Assembly (NCBI GenBank): GCA_965227295.1
Contig: OZ245742.1
Coordinates: forward strand, 1,440,001-1,504,000
From: Leptonemataceae bacterium
GTDB lineage: Bacteria; Spirochaetota; Leptospiria; Leptospirales; Leptonemataceae
Direction: 5' to 3'
DNA length: 64,000 nt
Below the pieces are notes generated by a model. That model did no database searches, was not told the DNA's origin, and saw nothing but the letters and a program-made list of their open reading frames with translations. A program made the position numbers and the translations under genes. Below are positions 8,923-23,263 of the stretch, one piece after another. How positions within the stretch are numbered: position 1 is the stretch's first letter; every line of letters begins with the position of its first letter.

Positions 8923-9876
8923 TTAAGTCTCGGCGGATTTGGTTTTCGGATTGATTTCAGCGTTCCTGGTGCCGCCTTCGTCTCTTGCGGGCCCGGGATT
9001 CTCGGTGTAGAGACTGGCTTCTCGAACTCGAATATTGTGCAGTAGTTCTGTGTGTCGTGTTGGAATTTTCGAAAGAAGGGGATCCGATACATCGTTGTCG
9101 CCAAGAATGTACGGTTCACAGATCATAAGGGGATCCTTTACTGCTGCAACATATTCTTGTAGGTACTCTCGAAGGTTGCTTGCATTTACAGGTTTTCTTT
9201 CCATTACGCTTCGATAGAGTCTATTCTCCTCGGAAGCCATAGAAATCCAGATGATCGGATAGGGCTTTCCGCGCATTACTCCCTTCAGGGGTTCGGTCCC
9301 ATCAAGAAAATAGTCAAAATCCGGGTCCAATATGACGCGCGTCAGAATTAGTGCAAGTTCCACGGATATAATAAACTTACCGTCACTCGCATATTTGCAC
9401 AGGCGAAATCCTGCGTCAATGGAAGGTCCGATATAGTCGACAAGTTCTCGAATCGTATGTGTAGTCGGCTCAGTCTCAATCCTGGCGTTCACAACGGGAA
9501 AACCTGCGGTCCAGGCCGTCGCCTTTAAGGATAGTGGAAGATCTTGTCTGCGTATAATTTCTATGTAATTGGTGATACTGCTGCGGAATGCGCGAATGAT
9601 ATGTTTTGCGTGTTTCCCGTCGCTGAGCTTGACTGTATAAACTAATTCGTCTCCGAGAAGTTTCCAGAGTTCCGGAATTTGATCTGCATTCGGGTTCCAA
9701 TCGGGTATGTTGTATATTTCGGATCGCAGTTCTCTATCAAAGTCTCCGTATAAATCCTTGAAAAACTTAAGCCACGGATGTTCGTCTTTGCGTTCTTCAT
9801 GTGGATTGTTTTTGTATGCCGTGGCACCGACCACGTCGATACTGACGAAGAGTATTAGTTCTGCGTTGACAGGCAT
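8923..9876 (-). CDS. Hypothetical protein with divergent class III nucleotidyl (adenylate/guanylate) cyclase-like domain
   Basis: Motif order matches class III cyclases: LFVSIDVVGAT (first metal Asp), WKLLGDE (KxxGD), DYIGPSIDAGFRL (DxxGxxVNxAxRL-like), LKG. DNA is visibly lower in GC than the flanks. Confidence 0.65.
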   Translation of the reverse strand: MPVNAELILFVSIDVVGATAYKNNPHEERKDEHPWLKFFKDLYGDFDRELRSEIYNIPDWNPNADQIPELWKLLGDELVYTVKLSDGKHAKHIIRAFRSSITNYIEIIRRQDLPLSLKATAWTAGFPVVNARIETEPTTHTIRELVDYIGPSIDAGFRLCKYASDGKFIISVELALILTRVILDPDFDYFLDGTEPLKGVMRGKPYPIIWISMASEENRLYRSVMERKPVNASNLREYLQEYVAAVKDPLMICEPYILGDNDVSDPLLSKIPTRHTELLHNIRVREASLYTENPGPARDEGGTRNAEINPKTKSAET

Positions 9877-9896
9877 TACGCATTTCTTAGGATTTC

Positions 9897-10430
9897 TTAT
9901 TTGATTCCCAGAGTATCTGCTCGAACAGACACTGCGGCTGGCGAAACATAAAACTTAACTGCAGTTTGGCGCGGGCCGTATTTCTGGTAGTAGTCCGAAA
10001 AAGGCTGCGCGGGCATGAGGAAGGCGGCAGCAAACCAATTGGCCTCCCATTCCTCGCGAGTACTTCCAAATCGTTCCGCGCGTATTTTCATTTCACCCTG
10101 CATTGAGTGCAGGAAGTAATGACCCAACTCGTGTGCGATGGAGAATCGGTTTCTTGTCGGTCCGGTAAAATTTGATACGTATATGTCGAAATTGCATTGC
10201 TCGTGAACAACTATCGAAGCATGCGCTGTTTGTTCCCATAGAACGTAGTCTACAAAGTGGACCGTGCCACCGAATGCGTTGGCGACGGGAATAATGTCGT
10301 CGCCGGGAGCATAGCCGGCGGCTCTCGCGACTTCCTCGGCAGTGTGCTCGACGCTAGTGCGAGAGAAATTACCAGGCATCGCTTGTGGATATTCCTGACC
10401 TGGGAGGTGATTCTTTTCTGCCGCATTCAT
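9897..10430 (-). CDS. ImmA/IrrE family metallo-endopeptidase (no HTH domain)
   Basis: RNRFSIAHELGHYFLH (HExxH) and EWEANWFAAAFLMP; likely start ATG 10430. Confidence 0.88.
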   Translation of the reverse strand: MNAAEKNHLPGQEYPQAMPGNFSRTSVEHTAEEVARAAGYAPGDDIIPVANAFGGTVHFVDYVLWEQTAHASIVVHEQCNFDIYVSNFTGPTRNRFSIAHELGHYFLHSMQGEMKIRAERFGSTREEWEANWFAAAFLMPAQPFSDYYQKYGPRQTAVKFYVSPAAVSVRADTLGIK

Positions 10431-10624
10431 GGAGGTTGCCTGAATATACGTGGATAGCTTGCACACAGATGTGGCACCCGATCCCTGGTTTGCAACCGTA
10501 AAAACGCCAGGATTCTCAAGGTGCGGTGAATCATCAGGGAAAGTGTCCCTTTATGTGTATGTAGACCCTCAGAGCAGAAGCATAGTGTACATAATTCTTG
10601 ATGCAGGGCGCCAGCCGGTCCCAC

Positions 10625-16429
<5,805 letters not shown>

Positions 16430-16431
16430 GC

Positions 16432-17820
16432 TCAACCTCTCCCGGAGATGCCGGCGTAGATGTCCCGGCGGCCGGCGGGCAGGCCGGAGGGGCCCTTGGG
16501 ACCGATCTTCGTCACCAGCGTTTGAAAGATAACCATGGAGCCCTCGTGAAAACCCAGGGACACTCCGGCAAGATACAACAACCACAGCCGGTACTTTTCA
16601 GCGCCCACCAGGCGAATCGCCTCGTCTTTGCGTTCCTGTAAGTTGCGCGCCCAGTGCGCGCAGGTGAGCGCGTAGTGTTCGCGGATGGCCTCGACGTCGT
16701 GGACCTCGAAGCCGCGCAGTTCGAACTGCTCCACCTGATGGCCGATATCGTCGAGTTCGGAGCCGGGAAAAATGTACTTGAGAAGCAGGCGTTTTTCTTT
16801 CGTGATGTGTCGACGTCGATGGGCGGGTTTCGCGCGGCGGGCGATGCAATGATGCAACATTACGCCGCCGGGTTTCAGCATGTCGTACTGTTTTTGATAG
16901 TAACGTTCCCAGTTCGCGCTGCCCATGTGTTCGAACATGCCGATGCTCGCGATCTTGTCGTACGGGCCGTCGGCGGGAACGTGATGAAAGAAATCGTTGC
17001 ATTCCACGGTAACGCGATCTTCCAGGCCCAGCTCCCGAACCTTGCGCACGGCCCATTCGTGCTGCGCCGGCGACAGCGTCACCGCGTGGACGTGCACGCC
17101 GTAGTGTTGCGCCATGTGACACGTGAGTCCGCCCCAGCCGCAGCCCGTGTCCAGCACGCGCTCGCCGGGTTGCAGGCGCAACTTACGCGCGACCAGGTCC
17201 ATCTTATCGAACTGCGCCTGCGCCAGGGAATTCTCCCAATCGTGAAAGTAGGCGCAGGTGTACTGCATCTCTTTGTCGAGCCACAACGCGTAGAATTCGT
17301 TGGAAAGATCGTAGTGGAACTGAATGAACTCGCCGTGTTTCCGTTTCGCGCCGCTCCGGCCGATCTCGTCGTCGGCGTAAGCGTTCGCGTTGACATACTT
17401 GCCGGGCCACACGAACAGAAACGGCAGCAGCCGGCGCAGCACGAACCACTTGTTCACGGACTTGAGGCCGCGCTTGAACTCCGGCGTGCGCATGGACTTC
17501 AGAAAATCGATGATGTCGTCGTCGGAGAAGTCGATCTGCCCGGCGGCGTAGCGCATGAGCGTGTTTTCCAGGTTCCACGGTCGTCGCAGAATCGAACCGA
17601 CGGCGCCGGGATCGTTTACGGACAGGTGATATTGTACGGCTTTGCCGCTATGATTCAGCGGGTAGATTTTATTGTCCCAGAGTTTGAGGCCGATGGGTGC
17701 GTCCAGGCGTTCGGCCAGGTGATCCACTACGGCCCGCAGGGCATCGAGCAGTCGATCACTGCCTTTGCCGGCTGTCGCGGGCGGGAAGGCGGGCTGCGGA
17801 GCGACGGTATTGTTAGACAT
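16432..17820 (-). CDS. cfa: Cyclopropane-fatty-acyl-phospholipid synthase family methyltransferase
   Basis: HYDLSNEFY, MQYTCAYF, VLDTGCGWGG, SIGMFEH, YIFPG, HYALT..HW. Confidence 0.9.
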   Translation of the reverse strand: MSNNTVAPQPAFPPATAGKGSDRLLDALRAVVDHLAERLDAPIGLKLWDNKIYPLNHSGKAVQYHLSVNDPGAVGSILRRPWNLENTLMRYAAGQIDFSDDDIIDFLKSMRTPEFKRGLKSVNKWFVLRRLLPFLFVWPGKYVNANAYADDEIGRSGAKRKHGEFIQFHYDLSNEFYALWLDKEMQYTCAYFHDWENSLAQAQFDKMDLVARKLRLQPGERVLDTGCGWGGLTCHMAQHYGVHVHAVTLSPAQHEWAVRKVRELGLEDRVTVECNDFFHHVPADGPYDKIASIGMFEHMGSANWERYYQKQYDMLKPGGVMLHHCIARRAKPAHRRRHITKEKRLLLKYIFPGSELDDIGHQVEQFELRGFEVHDVEAIREHYALTCAHWARNLQERKDEAIRLVGAEKYRLWLLYLAGVSLGFHEGSMVIFQTLVTKIGPKGPSGLPAGRRDIYAGISGRG

Positions 17821-17901
17821 AATCCTGATACGACCTGAATAAAAATGACACTCAGGGCAGGACAGACCGAAACAAGCGCGAGAACGACGGTCAATGATTT
17901 T

Positions 17902-18612
17902 TTAGTCGAACGGTTGGCGAGTCCGATGCGGCGCTTTTGCCTGTGAAGCGGTGCGTTTTTCCGCGAGCAGGAGGTGCGGTTCCATGATTCTCTGGACGCG
18001 TTCGCGCTGCGTTTCGATCTCTTCTTCCGTCTCCGGAGTGCCGATGTCGATGGGATCTTCGTAGCGGAGGCTGACCTTTGCAAACGGCTTCGGGATCATG
18101 AAGCGATCCCAGGAATTGAAGAACCAGGCGCGGTCCGCCTCCGTGTAAAACGGAACGACGACACCCTTCGTCGCGCGGGTCAGATGAATCAGTCCCGGCT
18201 TGGCGATGCCGATGGGCCCCCTGGGACCGTCGACGATGTGCGCGGCCAGCTTCGCGCGGCGAATCTTCTTAATGACCTCGAACAAAGCCGCGGCGCCGCG
18301 GCGGGACGATGATCCGCGCACGGGCTGCCAGCCGGTACGGCGCGCCACGTCCGCGATGATCGAACCGTCCTGAGACGGGCTGATCATGATGCATGGTTTG
18401 CGTTCTTTGAAATTCTGAAAGTGGCGGATGGCCGCAAAGAACTGCTGGTGCCAGCAGGCGAGGATCACCACGCCGCCGGAGTCGAGGACCTTCAGGACCG
18501 CTTCTTCGTTCTGAACATCCATGCGGAAGGTCCACGAGTACATCCGAATCAACCGATAGACCAGCGGTTGCAGGATCTTCAGAACGATGAAGTATTTGAT
18601 CTTGCGGCCCAT
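17902..18612 (-). CDS. Lysophospholipid acyltransferase family protein (DUF374)
   Basis: WHQ, ISPSQDG, VRGSSSRRG, DGPRGP, SWDRFMIPKPF. Confidence 0.88.
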   Translation of the reverse strand: MGRKIKYFIVLKILQPLVYRLIRMYSWTFRMDVQNEEAVLKVLDSGGVVILACWHQQFFAAIRHFQNFKERKPCIMISPSQDGSIIADVARRTGWQPVRGSSSRRGAAALFEVIKKIRRAKLAAHIVDGPRGPIGIAKPGLIHLTRATKGVVVPFYTEADRAWFFNSWDRFMIPKPFAKVSLRYEDPIDIGTPETEEEIETQRERVQRIMEPHLLLAEKRTASQAKAPHRTRQPFD

Positions 18613-18627
18613 AAGAAAAGGGCCGGC

Positions 18628-19662
18628 TTAGTTTTTGATTTCGAAGACGGCCTTGTTCTTCTCGATCCACTCCAGCAACATCTCGACGCCCTTCCGCGGG
18701 GAGATGGCCGGCTTGAAACCGAAGTTCTTCGTCGCCTTGCTGATGTCGCAGATGAAGTAGCGCATGTCGCCCGGACGCTCTTCGTGGTACTCGATCTCCG
18801 GTTTGCGGCCTAAGATGTCGCCGATCATGTGAATGCATTCCACGAGGGAGATTTTGTTTTCCGGTCCGCCGCCGATGTTGTAGACGCCCGGCTCGGGTTT
18901 CTTGAACCAATCGATGAACGCCTGGGCGCCGTCGGAACCGTAGATGATGTCCCGCGTTTGTTTGCCGGTACCGAAGATGCGGCAGGGCCAGCCGAAGGCC
19001 GACCGAATGGCGAAGTTCGCCACCCAGCCGTGATCTTCGCCGCCGAACTGCCGCGGGCCGTAGATGCCGGTGAAACGAAACGAAGCCGCTTTGGTGTTCA
19101 GCATGTCCGTGAACGTGCGGGCATAGTGTTCCGCCGCCATCTTCGAGGCGTGCAGCGGAGAGATTTGCCCGACCATGGTATCTTCGTCTTCCGGAATCGC
19201 CACGGGATTGCGTTCGTAGGCGGTCTCGCCCTCGGTCAGTGTATTGTTGATGTGGTTGCCGTAAACGTGAATGGAAGACGTGTTTACGACGGGGATCTTG
19301 TGCTGGCGCGCCGCATCCAGGACGTTGAAGGTACCGAGAACGTTCGTGTTGAAGTCCAGGCGGGGATCTTCCCAGGAGATCGTCATGGCCGGCTGAGCCG
19401 CCGTGTGCACGATGTAATCGCAACCGGAGCTGTGATCCTTGAGGGCCTGCTCGTCGCAGACGTCGGCCTTGACCATCTCGCAGCCCATGCCCTTGAGTTC
19501 TTCCCAGTTAAAGTCCCGGGTCTTGTCGGTGCCGTAGCCGGTCCGGCCCAGTTCGTACTTCGTCATGTTGTCGTACGCGACGACCTCCCAGCCCTCTTTG
19601 CGAAAGTTTTCGCATACGTGAGAGCCGAGAAATCCGCATCCGCCGGTTACCAGTACTTTCAT
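18628..19662 (-). CDS. NAD-dependent epimerase/dehydratase, CDP-tyvelose 2-epimerase-like
   Basis: TGGCGFLG, HTAAQPAMTIS, PRLDF, YGPRQFGGEDHGWV, GTGKQTRD; the YxxxK position reads LHASK. Confidence 0.82.
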   Translation of the reverse strand: MKVLVTGGCGFLGSHVCENFRKEGWEVVAYDNMTKYELGRTGYGTDKTRDFNWEELKGMGCEMVKADVCDEQALKDHSSGCDYIVHTAAQPAMTISWEDPRLDFNTNVLGTFNVLDAARQHKIPVVNTSSIHVYGNHINNTLTEGETAYERNPVAIPEDEDTMVGQISPLHASKMAAEHYARTFTDMLNTKAASFRFTGIYGPRQFGGEDHGWVANFAIRSAFGWPCRIFGTGKQTRDIIYGSDGAQAFIDWFKKPEPGVYNIGGGPENKISLVECIHMIGDILGRKPEIEYHEERPGDMRYFICDISKATKNFGFKPAISPRKGVEMLLEWIEKNKAVFEIKN

Positions 19663-19732
19663 CTGATTACTCCTGAGGTGTTTCCGTAGTTCTTTCTATG
19701 ATAAACGTGTGCCGTTGCCGGCCGTAAGTATT

Positions 19733-20896
19733 TCAAAGGATTTCTTTGAGGTCTTTCGGGATCGCCGCGCCGAGGACCGGCAGTTCGCGCCCGAGTTCTT
19801 TTAAGGTATCCGCGCTGAGGCGCTGGGAAGTTTTGCCCGGACCGAAGTCCAGGATGTGCGTGACTTTCGAATCGTCCACCGCGGGTTTCATGGACTTGTC
19901 CCAGTACAGCGTGTTGATGGCCATGTCTTCGAACATCTTCACGGGAAGATTGTCTTTCTGCGCGCGCAGATCTTCGCCGTCGAAGAACGAATAGACCGGC
20001 ACCTTAAGTTCGTCGCCGGAGTACTTAAACTCGATACGCTGGACTTCCGGGATGAAGATGTCCCGCACCGGCTCCATGAGTTTGCAGTGGAACGGGCAGG
20101 TGGTGCGCAGGTAGACGAACTTGAACTTCTTCTCGTCGATGTCGGCCTTGTATTTTTCGTGAAAGGCGATGAGCGACGAACGATGCGAAGAGAGGATGCG
20201 GTTCGTCGGCGAGTTGTAAAGTGAGACGTAGATTTGTTTGTCCGCGTCGAGGCCGCCGTTGACTTCCAAAACCATCTTTTCGACCTCGGCGTGATCCAGA
20301 CCCAGGACCGCCACCATGGGCGAAGGCGTTTTCCCGCCGAGGGACTCGGACTGCGCGACTTCCTCGTCGGTGGGATCGAAGAACGGGAAGGCCTTCTGCG
20401 CGGACACGCCCAGGTACAGAAGATACTTCATGTACTTGTTTACGGCGGCGTAGTAGTCGTCGCCGGAGAGCGTGAGCGCCATGAGGGACGCGGGAATCAG
20501 GCCCTGGCTGTGACCGGTGGTGCCGAGCGTGTTCGCCATGAGATCGTTCATGGAGAAGCCGTTTTGCAAAAGATTTTCCACGTGCACGAGCTGGGTCATC
20601 TGGATCATGGCGATGGAAACCGCCGCGCAGCCCAGGTAGTCTTCCGAGGGAATCGTGGAGTCGTCTTCCAGCCAGCCTTTCACATCGATGCCGTGGGGCA
20701 GGCCGACGCTGCCTTCCACGCGGGGCCGCTCTTCTTCTACCGCGGCCAGGGCCGCGTCGAAGAATTTCTGGAAGGCCGGTTCTTTGTAGAACTTCGCGAG
20801 TTCTTTGTACCACGGGGCGCCCTGGCCGCCGAACTGAATATAAAAGCGCGCATTGTTATCCTGCGCCTGTTTGAGAAGAGCGGGAGTGTCTGCCAT
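19733..20896 (-). CDS. ACP S-acyl/malonyltransferase (FAS-I starter acetyltransferase-like)
   Basis: FGGQG, GHSQG nucleophile motif, SPMVAV, CPFH, ILDFGPG. Confidence 0.8.
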   Translation of the reverse strand: MADTPALLKQAQDNNARFYIQFGGQGAPWYKELAKFYKEPAFQKFFDAALAAVEEERPRVEGSVGLPHGIDVKGWLEDDSTIPSEDYLGCAAVSIAMIQMTQLVHVENLLQNGFSMNDLMANTLGTTGHSQGLIPASLMALTLSGDDYYAAVNKYMKYLLYLGVSAQKAFPFFDPTDEEVAQSESLGGKTPSPMVAVLGLDHAEVEKMVLEVNGGLDADKQIYVSLYNSPTNRILSSHRSSLIAFHEKYKADIDEKKFKFVYLRTTCPFHCKLMEPVRDIFIPEVQRIEFKYSGDELKVPVYSFFDGEDLRAQKDNLPVKMFEDMAINTLYWDKSMKPAVDDSKVTHILDFGPGKTSQRLSADTLKELGRELPVLGAAIPKDLKEIL

Positions 20897-20924
20897 GAGT
20901 TAAAGATCCTGTGTTGAGATTGCG

Positions 20925-21488
20925 TTATTTGTTTACGCGTTCTACGAAAGAGAAATCGCGCATGTCCACTTTGATGACGTCGCCCTGGTTGATGTAAAGG
21001 GGCACCTGAACCTCGCCGCCCGTTTCGACTTCCACACGTTTCTTCGCGGTGCCCACGGTGTCGCCCTTGATGGCGTCCTCGGCGTAGGAGACCTCCAGTT
21101 CGACGAAGGTCGGCGGAATCATGCCGATGGCGTTGCCCTCGTAGAAGGTTACCTCGACGGGAGTTTCTTCTTTCATGAACGGCAGGTATTCCTCGACCAT
21201 GTCCTTGCCGAGGTTGATCTGCTCGTAGTCGTCCCGATCCATGAAAACGATTTCGTCGCCGTCCTGATACAACAGTTGCATGTAACGCTTTTCGAGCTCG
21301 GCGTCTTCGACCTTTTCGTTGGACTTAAACGTGCGCTCGATGACGTTACCGCGCTGGAGATGTTTGAGTTTCGTGCGCACGAAGGCGCTACCCTTGCCGG
21401 GATTTACGAACTGAGCGAAGCTAACGGAAAAGAGATCTCCATCAACTTTCAGAACCATGCCTTTCTTGACATCGACGGCGTTGATCAT
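20925..21488 (-). CDS. efp: Elongation factor P
   Basis: 187 aa from ATG 21488; VNPGKGSAFVRTKLK, KGDT, VPLYI..GD. Confidence 0.97.
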   Translation of the reverse strand: MINAVDVKKGMVLKVDGDLFSVSFAQFVNPGKGSAFVRTKLKHLQRGNVIERTFKSNEKVEDAELEKRYMQLLYQDGDEIVFMDRDDYEQINLGKDMVEEYLPFMKEETPVEVTFYEGNAIGMIPPTFVELEVSYAEDAIKGDTVGTAKKRVEVETGGEVQVPLYINQGDVIKVDMRDFSFVERVNK

Positions 21489-21507
21489 ATCGGAGGGTAG
21501 GTTTTGA

Positions 21508-22725
21508 ATGACAGACCAGAGCGTCAAACACTTGTTCCAGGCGGTGCCGGACCGGCAGTCCCCCTTTCCCGCGGCCTTTGCGGGGGTGTCGCCCGAGGAC
21601 TGGAACGACTGGCGCTGGCACATGCGAAACCAGATCACCGGCCTGGCCGAACTGCAAGAACTGCTGTCCGCAGAAGCCCTGGCGGAAGCCGCGGCCTGGT
21701 TCCGGGAACCCGGCGCGCAGGAATTCCGCTTCGCCGTCACACCGTACTACGTCGCATTGTCTCGCTTTCTTGCTCCGCCGGAAACCCTGGAGTCGCCGGC
21801 CTTCAACCGGAATTCCGGGCAGGGGTGTCCGATTCTTGCCCAGGTCCTGCCGCAGACCGTCGAGCTTGCCGACCCGGTCTACGATCTCCCTGATCCCCTC
21901 GCCGAAGAAACGCACATGCCGGTCCGTGGTCTTACGCATCGCTATCCGGATCGCGCCCTGTGGTACCTCACGCATCGCTGCGCCGTGTACTGTCGCTATT
22001 GCCTGCGCAAGCGCAAGGTCAGCGCCGCGGACACCGCTCCGAACGCACACGAGCGCGAGGCCGCGCTGAACTACATCCGCGAAAATCCGCAAATCCGCGA
22101 GGTCATCCTGTCCGGCGGGGATCCGCTCGCCCTCTCCGACGCGAAGCTCGACAGCCTGCTCGGTGATCTGCGTGCCATCCCGCATCTGAGCAGCCTGCGC
22201 ATCCATACGCGCATGCCGGTTACGCTGCCGTTTCGCATTACGGACGAACTGTGCGCCGTGCTGCGGCGTCACTTTCCCATCACACTGGTCACGCACTTCA
22301 ATCATGTCCGCGAAGTCAGCGCCGACGCGCGCGCGGCGATTCGCCGTCTGCGGATGGCCGGCGTGAGCGTGTTGAATCAGTCCGTTCTCTTAAGTTCTAT
22401 TAATGACACATTAGAAGATCAGCGGGGTTTGTTGCTCGCACTCGTGGAAGCCGGGGTCGTGCCGTACTACCTGCATCGTTGCGATGAGGTGCGCGGTGTA
22501 TCGCACTTTCGCGCGCCGCTGGAACGCGGCCTGGAAATCATTCGCGGTTTGCGCGGCACGTTGAGCGGTTTCGCTATCCCACGCTACGTCGTCGATTTAC
22601 CCGGCGGCGGCGGAAAGATTGCCCTCGAACCGGAGTACCTCGTCGACAAGCGTCGGTCAGCGGATGGAAAGTTAGTGTACACTTTTTCAAACGGGGCGGG
22701 GAAAAAATACAGAGTTCACGAATAG
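21508..22725 (+). CDS. KamA family radical SAM protein (lysine 2,3-aminomutase / EpmB-like)
   Basis: THRYPDR, CAVYCRYC, LSGGDPL, RIHTR, HFNH, NQSVLL, PGGGGK; divergent from efp. Confidence 0.92.
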   Translation: MTDQSVKHLFQAVPDRQSPFPAAFAGVSPEDWNDWRWHMRNQITGLAELQELLSAEALAEAAAWFREPGAQEFRFAVTPYYVALSRFLAPPETLESPAFNRNSGQGCPILAQVLPQTVELADPVYDLPDPLAEETHMPVRGLTHRYPDRALWYLTHRCAVYCRYCLRKRKVSAADTAPNAHEREAALNYIRENPQIREVILSGGDPLALSDAKLDSLLGDLRAIPHLSSLRIHTRMPVTLPFRITDELCAVLRRHFPITLVTHFNHVREVSADARAAIRRLRMAGVSVLNQSVLLSSINDTLEDQRGLLLALVEAGVVPYYLHRCDEVRGVSHFRAPLERGLEIIRGLRGTLSGFAIPRYVVDLPGGGGKIALEPEYLVDKRRSADGKLVYTFSNGAGKKYRVHE

Positions 22726-22792
22726 GTTTTTTCCGCCCCCCTTATCTTTTTTTATTGATCCGTTTTCTCTCCCGGGCTATCGTTTGCCCATT

Positions 22793-23242
22793 ATGTCTTC
22801 TTTCCCGCACACCAATCGTCTCCGCTCCCTTGCGGGTATTGAGGACTCATTGGAGAACCTCGTCTTTCATCTTGGCCGCGTACTGGAGCCCGAACTGGAA
22901 TCCGCGTCGTCGTCGGAATCCGCGGCACAACCATCTGAAGACCAGTCGAGCCTTGCGAAGCTTCAGAGGCTCCGCCATTCTCTGGCAATCATTCGCGCCA
23001 GCTACCTGGCGCATCGTCCCGTATACGCCCTTGACTTTGCGGATCTGCGTGCCGGTGACCGTCTCGTGCTCGGTGCCGCGCCGCTTATGAACGCCCTGGC
23101 CACGGGGTTCTTTCTCTACTACGGTGCCGGCGTGGTGATTCCGTACGCCTTCTCCGCGGTTGCATGGGGAACGCTGCTCTGTTCGTTTCTCTACTTCCGT
23201 TATCGCCGCCGTCTTCGTGCGCTACGTAATAAAGAATCTTGA
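22793..23242 (+). CDS. Hypothetical membrane protein
   Basis: ORF fills the gap between genes; two C-terminal hydrophobic segments followed by a basic tail. Confidence 0.6.
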   Translation: MSSFPHTNRLRSLAGIEDSLENLVFHLGRVLEPELESASSSESAAQPSEDQSSLAKLQRLRHSLAIIRASYLAHRPVYALDFADLRAGDRLVLGAAPLMNALATGFFLYYGAGVVIPYAFSAVAWGTLLCSFLYFRYRRRLRALRNKES

Positions 23243-23263
23243 GAATCCGGAGGAATGAGCCGG

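Noticed and set aside
8923-9876. Calling the islet Pycsar or CBASS
   Set aside because: No TIR/TM effector, CD-NTase or CapH-like HTH gene is adjacent, and the Lys/Asp pattern does not clearly indicate pyrimidine specificity.
8903-10624. Direct repeats (CAGGGGGCGCC / CAGGGCGCC) as att sites of the islet
   Set aside because: Short, imperfect and GC-rich; no integrase or tRNA nearby.
22693-22753. Rho-independent terminator after the KamA gene
   Set aside because: The stem is imperfect, has a long loop and overlaps the coding end; too weak to call.
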